NCBI RefSeq assembly: GCF_009914755.1
Contig: NC_060929.1
Strand: one strand, 5' to 3'
Length of the DNA stretch: 64,000 nt
From: the human T2T-CHM13v2.0 reference genome, Homo sapiens
The notes under the pieces are model-generated. The model saw only the letters and a list, made by a program, of their open reading frames with translations. It did no database searches and was not told the origin of the DNA. Positions 13,578-27,543 of the stretch are shown in pieces; position 1 is the first letter of the stretch; every line of letters begins with the position of its first letter. The position numbers and the translations under genes are program-made.

Positions 13578-13930
13578 TGTGTTAGGCTGCAAGTAACTGA
13601 AAACTCACTGCTGTAACCAAACAAATCCAGAGGTTAGCGCAGTGATCAGCGTGGCTTGAATAGATCTGTGCAACTATGGCTGTGGGTCCTGCTTTCTTTC
13701 ACATGAGGCTTCCTCCTCTGGCTCATCATGTGAGGGCTGCCGCAATCTCAGGACTACCATTCAGACATGACAGTATCTAGAGGGAAGAAAAAATTTAGCT
13801 TATGATAGCTCAGAAAATCACACTCTTTTTCAGATGCATCCTTGAATCAATTCCTTTAAGGAAATACCACGTGATGACTGCCTTACGTCTGGTTACAATA
13901 AACAATTTCTATAGCAACAAGGGTGGGTGT
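13578..13930 (-). mobile_element. Old MaLR LTR fragment (MLT1K/L-like)
   Basis: ggctgcaagtaactgaaaactc start; ggctgccgcaatctcaggactaccattcagacatgaca. Confidence 0.5.
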
Positions 13931-14059
13931 GATTTCTCTGATAGAGTGACAATTCTCTCAATTCTCTCGTGGCTGGTACATAATTAGCACTATTTAGATA
14001 TATAGGAGAGAAAATAATTCATTACCTACAATGGATGTCTGGGAGCATTTAGACTTAAT

Positions 14060-14445
14060 GCTCTTGAGGAACCCCATCAAAAACGATAATCAAATTTCAG
14101 TCCTTTTTAAAAGCAAAGGTTTATTTCTCATTTATGCAAAGTGTCCAGTGAGGGATGACGGGGAGTTTTCTTTGCCCCAAGTCTCCTCCCCTAGAGACCC
14201 AGGCACATAGAGCTTCCACCATCCAGAATGTCCCTGGTTGTCCTGGCAGGAGGGCAAAAACTAATTTTCACCTGGCCACGTAAGCTTCCATCTGAAAGTG
14301 ACATATGTCAATTTCAATCAGTGGAATTTTAGTGACCAAAGCAAGTCACACAGGCTCTTCTAACTTCAAGGCAGTAGAGCAGTGTAATTTTACATTATGC
14401 CTAAAAGGAGGAGAAAGCAAGTTAGTAGTTCATATTAAGGAACTA
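14060..14445 (-). mobile_element. Old MaLR LTR (MLT1I/J-like)
   Basis: aaggtttatttctc...gacccagg...gaaagtgacatatgtca...ccaaagcaagtcacac...aacttcaagg. Confidence 0.6.
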
Positions 14446-14489
14446 ACGGGAAGTTTATATGCTTCTTATGTCAAACCCTCAGGAAGTAG

Positions 14490-15360
14490 AAACTCAGAAA
14501 ATTATTTATGTACAAACATGTATATTGAAGCACTGCATATACAAACAAAAAATAAAAACAGAAACTATCAGAACATCCAACAGTAGGTCCTAAAATATTT
14601 ATTCTTAAATAAATCAGTCTAGCCATAGGATAGATAATTTTCTCGTGTTCTAAAGTGTTGCTTTTGAAGACTGTTTAATGATACAGGAAAATTCTCACAA
14701 TACGTTTAAGTGAAGTAAAGAATAAAGAATTGCACTGTTTTATTAATATTAATATAAAAGTAAACTACCAAGAAAACAAAGGAAACATACTAAAATATTA
14801 ATGATGGCTATCTCTACATTAATGTTATTGTTTTCTTTGTGCTTTTCTATATTTCTTTAGTTCTTTATGCAGATGAGTAAATTTTTAAATAATCAATTTA
14901 AGAAGATTATTTAACATAGAAATATATGGATGTTTATCACAGCAATTTTTTAATAGCAAAAATTGTAAACATCTAAAATCTACAGGAGGGAGTTGGTAAA
15001 AAATTATAGTTCAGTCAAATAATAGATATGATGAAGCATTTAAAAATTAAGATCTATTTGATCTGCTATGGAACATTTGCTAAGATATATTAAGTGAAAA
15101 AACATGGTGCAGAAAAGTGGGTATAGTATACTGCCATGTATTTAAACGTGTATGCATACACACATTTTTGAAGAGAATGCACAAATACTGCTAAAAGTGG
15201 TGCCTTTGGGTGGGGAAAACTAAGAGACTGAAGAAATGACTCATAGCTGTCTGTGGAAGGATGACTTTCAATTTTAAGTCCTTTACATTATTTGATTTTT
15301 TTAACCCTGTGTGTGTATTATTTATCTTGAGTTCTATTTTAGAAAAAAATTATAAACAAA
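14490..15360 (+). mobile_element. Two old L1ME-type 3' fragments
   Basis: A-rich, L1 3'-like text occurring twice (tgtacaaacatgtatattgaagcac...; ggatgtttatcacagcaattt...gatatattaagtgaaaaaa). Confidence 0.6.
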
Positions 15361-16039
15361 TAAATAAATCAGATGCCGGCTCTGGCAGATATGTCATAAC
15401 TGCTGGTTTCCTTCCCTGCCCTTTTCCTGTCTTTAGGCTATTTCACTCAATGCCTCAGCCCTAGGCTGGACCGTAGCTACAGTTTAACAAGGCTTAGGGA
15501 TTGAAAATGAATTTCATTGATCTGTCTGCCATTCTGAACACAAATAACAAAGGGTCCCCCAAAGCTGTCTGACTCAGGTATAGGGAATACCAGTCATCTT
15601 TTCACCTGGGCTACAGGCAGCTGACACTTTTCCCATGGACCCATGAGCTAAAAACACAAAGGCCTCCACACGGCTGAGAGTCAACATCTCCTGCAAATAG
15701 CTGACATTGTGAGCCCATGCCTTTGTGTCTGCTCAGAACCATTTAATTCTTGGGAGTTGCTTATATTCATAGATATTGAACTGGACCAATCACTGTGGAT
15801 AACTTCAGGGTCAAACTTTCTGAAGAAAGAGCGGCACCAATACTGATACAGGAAATCCAGCTCCCAGCTCCCTGGAGCAAGGCATTAGAGAATGGCTTCT
15901 TGTAGTTCCATGTCCCAGGACAAATCTGGTGACAGGACAGTCAAGAGTAGAAGAGATTTTGCACCTTAACTTTGTTCTGAAATTAGGCTCTGTAGTTCCC
16001 TCCTTCCCATCTCCACTGGGAATGGGCTGTGATAAGTGT

Positions 16040-16310
16040 TACTTATTCATGCAGCAAATCCCTGGTCCAGGCACTGGGGATACAGTAGTAAAGAGATCCA
16101 AGTAGGAAACAACTCTGCTTACAAATTATAAATAAAATTTAAATATATAGGATGACACAAGTGCTATGGAGAAAAATTAAGCAGGGATGTGGACAGAAGG
16201 TGCAGAAAGAGGCCTCACTCCAAAGCTGAAGCTCTGGTAAAAATCCGAGGGCAGCAGAGAGGGCCTGTGTGGATATGGGGGATGCGTGTTTTGGGAGAAG
16301 TGGCTGAGTT
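16040..16310 (-). mobile_element. L2 fragment
   Basis: ccaggcactggggatacagtag...aagtgctatggagaaaaattaagcaggg. Confidence 0.7.
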
Positions 16311-16794
16311 TTACCCCTAGTTTGGCAGAAGGTAGAAGTAGTCAGCCAGTGGAGGAGCAGAAATAATGTTTCAATATTTCTGCAATAAAATGTTTTAAAA
16401 TTTTAAAAGATCTGAATAGTTATGAGAAATAATATAAATGTTCAGCAGCAGTTATATCATGGTATAAGCATGAAGTAGACTATAATCTAGTCACTAACAA
16501 CCCTGGATTTGCAAGAATATTCAACAAGGTAGGATAATACACTCAAAGTAAAACGTTGAGTGGGAAAGGCAGAATGCAAAATTATCATCACATTTGTCAT
16601 GCTCACTGTAGTAACCTAGTGTGGCACCCAGAACAGTGGTTGGTACATAGTGGATATGCAATCAATAGTGATAAATAGCTGTTGATTAAGTTAATTGCTG
16701 AGCATAAGCATGGTGGAAAAATAACTTGAAGAAAATGCATCAAATTATCAACAGTGGTTGGCCCGCAGTGATGGAATTCTTGATAATTTTCATT

Positions 16795-16855
16795 GGTGTA
16801 TTTTAAAGCTTCCCAGATGATTCCAATATGAAGCCAGGGTTGGAAATGACTGTCT
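16795..16855. mobile_element. MER5A end fragment
   Basis: tgtattttaaagcttcccagatgattccaatatgaagccagggttggaa. Confidence 0.55.
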
Positions 16856-18789
16856 CACGCATGTCCGATTTTATTATCTGAGGTATATATTTAAATCCTC
16901 CATGCATAGATAAGGAACTGAAGTTCAAAGAGGTGAGGGTCAGCTTGCCCAAGGCCATAAGGTAGGCAGTGAGATAGCAGGTGATCTAGCCCCAAACCTT
17001 ATGGAACTCACTTAGCCTGTTATTTTTACTTGAAACAGCTGATACCCAAGGAAAGCTCTGGGAGGACTTCCCCAAGGTACAGACTGGTCACTGGTGAATC
17101 AGCACTGAACCTGAAGTTCCTGCACACTGTTTGGGATTCTTTTCAGACACCTCGTGCTGTTGAGACAGGGAGAGCAGATGCCAAAAAAACACTCACAACT
17201 CTGACAGGGAGTTTCACCTCTGACCAAGCTCAGTCAGAATTCCAGGTTTGGCTCCATCTAGTCCCACCTTAGTGAGAATGCAGAGGCTTCCCTCTCATGC
17301 CAGAAGCTGGCCTCTAAGAGTGCAGTGTCCACCCTTCTCTTCAGGATACATGAGAATCCTGGAAGCCCATTAAACAAGGGTTGTCTGCATGGGGTGCTTG
17401 AATGGAGGCCAGGCAACATCTTAAGCACAAGTATTACTTGATTATGGGGACTATCTGGCTGATGATTGGTCATTCTCACTGGGTGACAGTGACAAAGATA
17501 AATGTGTGCTACCTTGGCTGCTATTTAACTCTGGTAATGAGTAGTTTCTGCTGTGCTGGAAGCTCCTAGTTCATCATTCTCTAACTGTGGGGTCTCCCTT
17601 GTTTTTCCTCAACCCAACCGCCTTTAGTCTTAAGGTAGGAAAACTGATCTAAAGGTATCCGCTAGAAACTTCCTTCCATCTCACCTTTTGGAAACATATA
17701 GTATGGATTTGTGTGGCCTTTGCTTCTTGTTTCTGCAGTGGGTGACTCAGGCCTTGTGACAGAAACAAGGAGGAGGATGGAGGAGCCTTCAGAGTTATAC
17801 TCCTCTTGTCTTATTGACTCAAATGTAAAGAGGAAACCAAGATGACTGGCAAAGCAATACCTCCCTGTGACAAAGGCAACAGACCAAGAACCTCAAGGTA
17901 GTTTTTAGAATGCTTCTTTTTACCCCTGGGTGATATATGTGAAAGAAAACTGAGTATTATCAATATTATTGCAACTATTATCTACCGTAGTCTATTACAA
18001 TAAAGCTTAAAATAAATCTGTCCAGAAGCCTGCCCCTCCAACAATTGATTTCCTTTTCAGGCAAGCCAAAGAATTCCCTTGGAAGGATAAAACTACCAGG
18101 CAGTCTGAGCTGGATGGAACACGCTGGTGCAAATGCAAAAGGTCACCGTTGGACTTGGCCAAGCTAGTAAATGTCAATAAGCTGGAGCTCCTTGCAACTT
18201 CAGCTTCTGCATGTCGGGCAGTGCACCTCACCATCAGGCCTAGGCCCCCACCTCTGCAGCCCACGCTGACCCAGCTTGTCCCACTGAGAGACCCCTTCTG
18301 AATTGCTCACATGGCAACCTATCCATCCAGAGTTCTCAACATAACAAAAGCTCTGGCCAGGCCTTTTTGCAAGCTAGCCTTTTTCTGCATATAACCATTT
18401 ACAGATTTGAGTCTTTCCCTCCTTGATACAAAGAAAAACAATAACAGAGAGGCTCATGAAATTGCAAAATCATGGAACACAATTCTCTGTACCCTTTCTA
18501 CAGGCACACCCTCTCAGCTCCATGAAGGAGCCCAATTCTTCATTGTTCCCAGGGCTTTTTGCCAAGAAGTGAACTTTAAAGAAATAAGATCATAAAGATC
18601 CACATATCAACAAGTCCATAGAAGCCCCTGGGAATCTCATTGGAATGGGAGGCCTAACATATCCTAGACATTAACTTCCCCAGGCCCACTGCATTGGCTC
18701 AAGCCAGTTGAGAACTTGGCTTTCTACTAAAATATATGCCTTCCTGGGAAAGGTTCTGTTCCTGGTTCGGTATCAGCATCTCTGGGAAT

Positions 18790-18945
18790 CTGTACTGTGT
18801 ATGCAGATTGTCTGCATTCAAATCCAGGTTCCAGCACTTATGAATTAGGGGAAGTCAGGAATGTTCACCTAACTTCCTTGGCCCTCAGTTTCTCCATCAG
18901 TAAAATGGAAGATAGTAATATCTATCTTATAGGGTGTTGTAGGTA
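18790..18945 (+). mobile_element. MIR
   Basis: ttcaaatccagg...cctcagtttctccatcagtaaaatggaagatagtaatatctatcttatagggtgttgt. Confidence 0.8.
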
Positions 18946-19289
18946 AATGTACTTATTCTATTCCTTAAAAGTAGGATCTGATCAGGAACTGTACTTAGGC
19001 AGAACAGGATCCTTCTGGGGAAAAGCAATGAAGAAGAAGGTAGAAAAGGATACATTAAAAAAAAAGAAAAGCTGCGGATACTGAAATTGAAAGGCCATCT
19101 TCAAATGGTGCCCCTGGGATCAGCTGCCGACAAGTGCACAGGCCCAGGTAGTGATAAGGACACAGGTACCAGTGGAGGATAGAGCACTGGCAAGGTGCCA
19201 GGGAAAGCATGAGTGGCCTAAACAATGCTCTGCAGCTTTAAGGGGTTCAATGTACATTAACATTATGAACATAATGAATGCTGCTATTA

Positions 19290-19735
19290 AAAATTTGGAA
19301 GAATGCAAATAAAAGTTTTGTAAATCAATACTTCTACTATCCACTGATCATTTTGATGTATTTCATTCCAGTCTTTTCTGCCATGCATAACTTATAATAT
19401 TCATTTTGTCCCACTTTATATCCAATTTTAACCATATTGGAGTCATATTTTAAACTAGTTTTTCCCACTTAATACAGCTTGAGCACTTTTCCCTCATTAA
19501 AGATGGCTTCTAAGTGCTATATTATATTTCATCATATGGATTCATTTATCCAATTCACTGTAAACATTTAGGCTGTTTCTAATTTTTTATTATTGCAAAT
19601 CGTACAGCATTGAGCATCTATGTACATAAATCTTTATGTGCACATCTGATAACTTCCTCAGGATAAATTCCTAGAAGTGGAATTACTGGATCAAGAGTTA
19701 TACTCATTTTGAAGGACCTTGATATATATTGCCCT
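19290..19735 (-). mobile_element. L1ME-type 3' fragment
   Basis: ggataaattcctagaagtggaattactggatcaagag and preceding antisense L1 text. Confidence 0.72.
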
Positions 19736-20047
19736 GTTTCTTACTATGAATGTGCACACACAGGTATGGTACAGTCATAATTCAAACACCCTTTCTTCCT
19801 ACCTCTATTTTCTTGCCTTGGTTAAATCCTTCTCATACTTCCATACTCAGCCTGCCTTACCCTATCTTTCCAGACTCGTTTATGTGTCCCTTTGTCTATA
19901 CTCCTGCAGCTCTTGCCCTTCCCTCTTACGTTGCATTTAGCATGCTATGTTGCACTTGCTGACTTACATATACGTCTACCTGGTTGGACTAGAAACACCA
20001 TAAGGGTAGAATAATCTCTATAGTCCTGGCACCTGGTGCAAAATGGA

Positions 20048-20472
20048 TGCTAAGTCCATTTGTGTTGCTATAAAGGAATACCCAAGGCTAGTTAATTTAT
20101 AAAGACAAGAGACTTACTTGGCTGACAGTTCTGCAGGTATGGCACCAGCGTCTGCTTCTGATGAAAGCTTCTGGCTGCTTCCACTCATAGCAGAAGGAGA
20201 AGGGGAACCATTATGTGCAGAGACCGCAGAGATCACATGGCGAAAGAAGAAGCAAGAGGGTGGGGGAGGTGCCAGGATCTTTTTAACAAACAGCTGTCAT
20301 GGGAGCTAATAGGGTGAGAACTCACTCCCATGAGAATGGCACCAAGTTATTCATGAGGGATCCGCCCCCATGAACCAAACACCTCCCACTAGGCCCCACC
20401 TCCCAACATCGCCACCCTGGGGATCAGATTTCAACATGAGGTTCGGAGATGTCAAACATCCAAACTATAGCA
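20048..20472 (-). mobile_element. MST solo LTR (MSTB-like) inserted in an L2 3' end
   Basis: gttgctataaaggaatacc...gagggatccgcccccatg...atccaaactatagca; candidate TSD GATGC at 20046-20050 and 20473-20477. Confidence 0.9.
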
Positions 20473-21329
20473 GATGCTCAATGGATTGTTGGAGTAAGTG
20501 CAAAGCAAGCATGTGTGTGGGCTGGCACCAGGTAGGAGTGCATATAGTACACAGCTCTGCTTGTGTGAATCGCCTCCGTCATAACCACTCTGGGTAATGT
20601 GCTCTGGGGCAATGCTGTCTGTCCTTCCAATGACCTCTGAGCCACTGAGAATGCTGGTCCAGGAATAAATATTATTTCATCTCTCACAGAAGGCTGACCT
20701 ACCTGCAAGATTGAGGAAAATAACCTAAAGTCTAGTTTAGCAGAAGCCAAGACTCTTAACAATCTTGACTCCTGATCAGAGATGCCAGGAGAAAAGGGCC
20801 CTGAATGGCCCACAGCAGGCCATTAATGAGATCACAGATTCTTAACGTGGAAAGGAAACTAAGAGACTACCTTGGATTACAGCTTAGTATACCAAGACCT
20901 AGAGAACTACAGATAGTAATAATTATACCATAGTGGTGGTGTAAGAACTTAAAAAACAAAGAATTTTAAGTCCCTGTAAATATCTGATATGTAATATTTG
21001 CTCAACCAATGGGATTCATTCATTCATTCATTCAATTGTCTGTTTAGCTAATATTTACTGAGTGTCTCTTATGTGCCATGGTCCAACAGCTAACATGTGA
21101 TAGTGCTCACATCTGGTGTAACCTGTTCTGGGAAATGATAAAAAGACAACTGAGATGAAATGGAGCAATATCCTTTTGATGATTGTGGAGTCTGTGTTTT
21201 CTCATTAATGGAGGATGCTTCCCTGCTCCAAGCTGAAAAGCTAGCCATTCATTACATTCTACCAGCTGCCACCTACAGCTGGCACAGAAATGTGAGGGGG
21301 GCAGCTTGCTGTCCCAGAAAGAGCAGGCA

Positions 21330-21450
21330 CCCCTGAGTCATGCAGACCTGGATCTGAATCTTAGGTCAATCAGTTAGTACTTCTGTGACTGCGGGAAAGT
21401 CACTTTGCCTCTCTGGGTCATGGTTTCCTCATCTGTAGCATGGGGCTATT
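21330..21450 (+). mobile_element. MIR (host of the MLT1D/Alu insertions)
   Basis: cagacctggatctgaatc...tggtttcctcatctgtagcatgggg; MIR-like text resumes after 22270. Confidence 0.7.
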
Positions 21451-21472
21451 TGGCATAGATTTGTGGAAAGCA

Positions 21473-21768
<296 letters not shown>

Positions 21769-21773
21769 AGACT

Positions 21774-22270
21774 TGTGGAAAGAAGAATAATTGCTCCCTA
21801 AATATGTCTACACCCTAATCCCCAGAACTTGTGAATATGTTATCTCACATGGCAAAAGGGATGTTGCAGCTGTGTTAGCACTTTGAGGTGAAGATATTAT
21901 CTTGCGTCACATCCAGGAGGGCCAATCTAGTTATATGAACCTTAAGAGCTGAGAACATTTCCCAGCTGTAGTCCTAGAATGTGGCCATGAAAGCAATTGC
22001 AGAGAGACAGCAGCATGAGGAGGACTTGACCCACAGTGGCTGGCTTTGAAGATCAAGGGGCCACAAGACTAGGAATTCAGTCTGTCTCTAGAAGCTGTAA
22101 AAGAGAAGGAAATTAGTTCTCCCCTAGAGTCTCCAGTGCATCCCTGCTGATAACCTTGATTTTAGCCCAGTGAGACCTGTGTTGGACTCCTGACCTAAAG
22201 ATAAATTTGTGTTGTTTTAAGCCACTGAGTTAGTGGTAATTTGTTACAGCAGCAATAGAAGACTCATACA
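21774..22270 (+). mobile_element. MLT1D-like solo LTR
   Basis: cctaatccccagaacttgtgaatatgttatctcacatggcaaaaggga...ttaagccact...gcagcaatagaagactcataca. Confidence 0.88.
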
Positions 22271-22779
22271 ACTTTATAAGATTGTTATAAGTTTCAAAAG
22301 AGAATATGTGCTTGTCACCTAGGAGGCCTGCTACACATCTTTATTTATGGTCCTCTATGGTTATCCAGGCCCTCAGTGAGCTTATGACAGGCTTTGCCTG
22401 CCTGCTTCATGACTACTCTGCCCAGAACAAAGCCTTCATGAAGGAGAGCAGGAAATAATTATTGAAGAGAAATGCTGTTTGTATTCAAATGTCTCAGAAT
22501 AAGAGAAGCAAAGGAACAGATAAACAAGAGTCTCTTAATCACAGACGATGAATGTGTGCTTGGCCTCTGCTCTCTGCCTTCCATTTCTCACCATGTCACT
22601 GAATCAGCAGTAGCAGCTGGCACAAGCTTCTCTCCCTGTGGCCAACAAAGGGCCTGGCTCACAGCCCCAGCCTCCACCTTTCCCTCCGAGACACACATCT
22701 TCTCCCCTCACCCAACCAGAGATGGCCTCTGTAATGGCTTTCTTAAGCTTCAGCACATACATGGGCCAATCACCTAGCC

Positions 22780-22980
22780 CTGGGTTCAGGTTTTGGTGCT
22801 GTCATTACTTGGTTATGTGACCTTGGGCAATCATTGCACCTCTTTCTGTCCTGAATTTCCCTCTTGAGAATTAAGGGTAACTCCTTTGTATGGTTGGTCA
22901 GAGCATGAAAACAGATAAATTTGCTGCCTGCTTAATATAGTGCCTGTCATATAGATGGTGCCAGTAAATGGATTCATTTA
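22780..22980 (+). mobile_element. MIR
   Basis: ctgggttcag...tatgtgaccttgggcaa...tagtgcctgtcatatag. Confidence 0.7.
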
Positions 22981-23096
22981 CCCAAGAATATAAAAGGAGT
23001 ACTAAACAAATAGTATGTGTATACACAAGCAAGAAATATATATTACATAAAATATATCTATATTGTTATATATAAATATCATAAATAGAAAATATG

Positions 23097-23100
<4 letters not shown>

Positions 23101-23140
<40 letters not shown>
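23101..23140. repeat. (TA)20 microsatellite in an AT-rich tract
   Basis: Read directly. Confidence 0.97.
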
Positions 23141-23146
<6 letters not shown>

Positions 23147-23767
23147 GAGACATAAAATCTAGGGCTTATATTTAAATTTTTCACAGTCCAGTGGGGACAA
23201 GATGGGTAAAACAGGCAATTATAAGATAATGTAGTGAGTGCTCAGACAGGAGAAACTACCAGTATTATGGCTTCCGAGAGGAAAGGCAAGTAAATCCAGT
23301 TCAAGTGAAGTTTGGGTGAAGTCACTTCTAAACTGAATCTTTCAGGATTAACAGGGATTGAGTGGGTGAAAGACAGAAGAAGTAAATAGTATATGCAGAG
23401 GAAACAGCAAGTACAAAGCCCTAAGTCTAGGGAGAATACTAGAAAGAAATCAAGAAACGAACATAATTTAATATTGCAGTGTTGATAGAGAAGAAAGAAT
23501 AAAATAGGTACCCATTGATGTAATTGTTAGGTATGGGTATGACTATTATTATTAGATGTGTCAGACAAAACACATCTTTACAATATGCATAGTATAATTT
23601 CCTCCTTTATCCACCAAAGAAAATTCTGGTTGCCACTCAACCCTGTCCCTTGCCTTTGCTTCCTGAGACTTAATAGTAAGATTGAGGTAATCAGTGAAGC
23701 AGAGACACGCTGAAAGAGGAAGGGTAATTCACCAGAAGGATAAGAACCTAAGGGGAGAGAAAGATCA

Positions 23768-24150
<383 letters not shown>

Positions 24151-24975
24151 AAAAAGTTGTAGTAAAGATTCAAATTAGTTTCAACATTTCCAACTGTTCT
24201 TTGAATTTGATTCCATGCCAAGAGTGGACTTTGCAGAGGCTGGTTTTAAATAGCTTTCACTTCTATAAATAAATCTGAACCTTCTCTAGCCATACAATTT
24301 TATTAATTGTTCCTTTAGAGATAGGTTAGAGAAATACCTATCTCTAACCCTTTACTGATGTAGTGTGCCCTACCTGGAATGTTTTCCCTACTTACATAAA
24401 TCCCTCCCATTCTTTAAGGCCTAGTTCAGGCTCCCCATGGGCTCTGTGAAACCTGCCTCTTTGATGAATCTAATGCATTTGTCTCTGTATCATGGACTTA
24501 GTACTTATCTTCCAAAAATCTTCATAAGATCAAAGGAAAACATAGAGGAAAATGCATCACCCATTAAGACTACTAAAAAAACAATTATTTACAACCATCC
24601 CTTCCAATCCTTTACTGTAGATATATCTAGATGATCAGTAATATCATAATCGCAGTAGAAATTTTGATTTCATCTCCTAACCTTCTGCGTTACAATGTTA
24701 GTGACTTTTTATGTCTATGTCTAGAGTGCATATCCCTCTATGTTTTTGGCTTTTACATCGCATAGGGCCTTATAAGGTTATAATCTTAAATCCTTAGTAA
24801 AAAGCAATAACTCAAATGGAGATAATGCCCAATAAATGTTCAGTGCTCCCTTGAGTAGTTTTTTCTTTTCTTTCAAATCTCCCCAGAAACTTTACAAAGG
24901 TCACTGACTCAATCACCTCTAGGAGCCAAGCATATTTTAGAAATGAATCAAACAGTAAGGCGATATGGACAGATT

Positions 24976-26119
24976 CAGTAATGTGCTGGAATGATTGTTC
25001 ATCGCTTGCAAGAGCTGGTCATTATCAGGTCATTATTAGCTGGTCATTGTCAAGAACTTTGTGAGCAGTTTAAACAAACCTTTTATTAACTTACCATTAA
25101 ATAAATTACATTATAAATAAATTATATATATTAAATAAATTATAAATAAATTACATTAAAAACAAAGATAATAAATACTCAAAAGTCATCACTTTCTAAT
25201 TATTTTACTAAATGTTGCTCTGAAGGTCATTTGTGTCTATTGTATCTGTATAATGGAAATGCTGTAGGATGCTATATAATCCTTCATGTGTCTTCCCAGT
25301 TCCTCATTCAGGGATGTCACTTTGGTAGATTAAAGCTGGCTATGGTGGGAGTACACACATTATGGAAACTGGTAAATGCCACGAATCAGGGTGTGGTTTA
25401 TAGTTTTGTTGATTCTCTAGGCTCAAGAGAGTGATGAAGAAAATGTCATGAATGAAGATAAAACTTAAAATTGTCTTATGTGTACAGTTGTTACATTCCA
25501 AACAACACAAAAAAATTGAGAGATGTTCTTCTAGCATTCAGAAACCATCATGTGATTCAGCATAGAAGTTATGTCACTGAAGAACAAGTGAAGTTCTTCG
25601 ATGCTGGATACAAGACAGGATGCCCAGTTAAATCTGAATTTCAAATAACCAATATTTTTAGTATAAGTATATCCCAAATATTGTTCAGAGCACACTCATA
25701 CTAAAAATTTAGTTGTTGTTCTCTGCAATTCAAACGTGGAGTTTCCTTTATATTTATTTGCTAAATCTGGCAATCCTAGACATATATCTTTATTGTTTCA
25801 TTTTCATCTTATTTGTTAACATAAGCAAAAGCATCAGCAGTCATAGTGGAACTATGCTTGTTCATCAGTTGTAACCAAAGATCATCTGTGGATATAAAAG
25901 TTTGATAGCAATCATCAAAATAATTCCATAAGAATCAACTGACTATATGAGATTTGCAATAAAGAGTATTTTATATGGTATCATTTATAAATTTCTTGCA
26001 ACATATCATTTATATCAGTAAAATGTATAATAAACTTACATGTGTATGCATATGTGTATATATACACACTTTTTCATTTTTGGAGAGTTGGTCATTAAAT
26101 ATTTATCGGCAAACCACTG
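24976..26119 (+). mobile_element. hAT-Blackjack non-autonomous element (MER63C-like), complete
   Basis: Ends cagtaatgtgctgg / tcggcaaaccactg; internal aaaaacaaagataataaatactcaaaagtcatcac and atggtgggagta. Confidence 0.8.
25598..25778. mobile_element. MER53 palindromic MITE nested in MER63
   Basis: caggatgcccagttaaatctgaatttcaaata...tttagtataagtat...catactaaaaa...ctaaatctggcaatccta. Confidence 0.85.
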
Positions 26120-27255
26120 GAGACAGTGAGAGAGTGGTACACCACCCCTTCAGAATGCATACAAATTCACTTTTCTAAACACTGTTCTTCCAAATCAAAC
26201 TTTCTCACCTATTGCCTTCCAACTGTTCTTTTGCTGTATCAGACCTAGGACAGGTCAAAGTCAGGGCCCCATTAAGTAATAATGACCAAGCTCACACTGT
26301 TGAGAAATCAATCATCTCCAAAGTATCTGAGCACAAACAACTGAAATAAGTTTTCTCTCTGCTTAAAGGCTAAGTTTAAAAATAATAAAGGGAGGAAGAG
26401 GATAATTCCTCCCTAACCCCCTACCCACCCCCTTTGTGAGCCTAATTCCATCATCTGAACTATTAAACATTCACTCCCATCTCCACCCAATTACCCACCC
26501 AAGCTGAGAGGCATCTCTGGGTGCCACCAGGCTCTGACATATGGGACTCATAACCATGAGCAGATAGCATCCGCATTCTTGCCAGAGTAGTGCTACATCT
26601 TGGAAAGACTGATGCAGTTGCAAGACTGCCCAGTTATGCTTCTGCTACTATTCTTTCTGACTATGACTAAAGGCCACATGGACCGTGATTAGGGCAGCCA
26701 TGGGGCCCAAGAGGTCCACGGAATGCAAGAGCTCTTCTCAATTACGGTTAAATGCACGAAGAGCAGGAAGCACATCAGTGAGGCACACCTTTAGGTCGTC
26801 CCATCCCCAGAGAGACAGATTGGCAAGGGCAGAAAGGAAGACAGGCTGGGCCTCCAATCCAGATGCCTGGAAAGAGCCAGGGGCTCCAGACAGGCTGGGT
26901 TTCCACATTCCAGGGCTTAGCTCCACTCCCACTTGATTCTCATGCCATACACTTGCTTTGTGTTAGCAACAAGAAAGAATCCACAAACTTTTGAGCAATG
27001 CACACTCTGTTGCTTATTTTATGCTCGCTCTCTCTGTCTTTCTCTCCCCTCCCCTCCCTGTCTTCAGAATGAGCAAAGACACAATAGAAAAACACATAAG
27101 AACAGAATCTCAAGTTTTAAGTAGGGAAAAGAAATTAGTAGAAGCTTGACCCTAAATGTAGGACATTAAACTTCTTATTTGGGTGTAATTATAATATTGC
27201 ACATAGTATTAAACACTCCCATGGATATATTCCCAACTCTAAATCTCTATCCTAG

Positions 27256-27543
27256 GCCAGCATTTCCCAAAGTGTGTTCAGATAGCTGTTTATGCATATT
27301 TTACAGAAAAATGGAGGGACAGTTCCACAGTCAAATACGTTTGGAATATTTCCTGTTAAATTTTTAATTAGATGTGTTTGCCGCAGGACTTCTCAGAGAC
27401 TTCGATATGCAGATGAGCTTTGGGAATCTATTCACTGGAGGGAAGCTCACCAAGTTTCCTAAATTTATTTCAGTGCAGAATCCCTCTTTCATGGAGTATC
27501 TTGTAGAACTAGTGTTCTAAAGAAGAGATTTATAAAATGCTAC
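27256..27543. mobile_element. hAT-Charlie MITE (MER103C-like)
   Basis: cagcatttcccaaagtgtgttc...gcaggacttctcagagac...actagtgttc. Confidence 0.6.
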
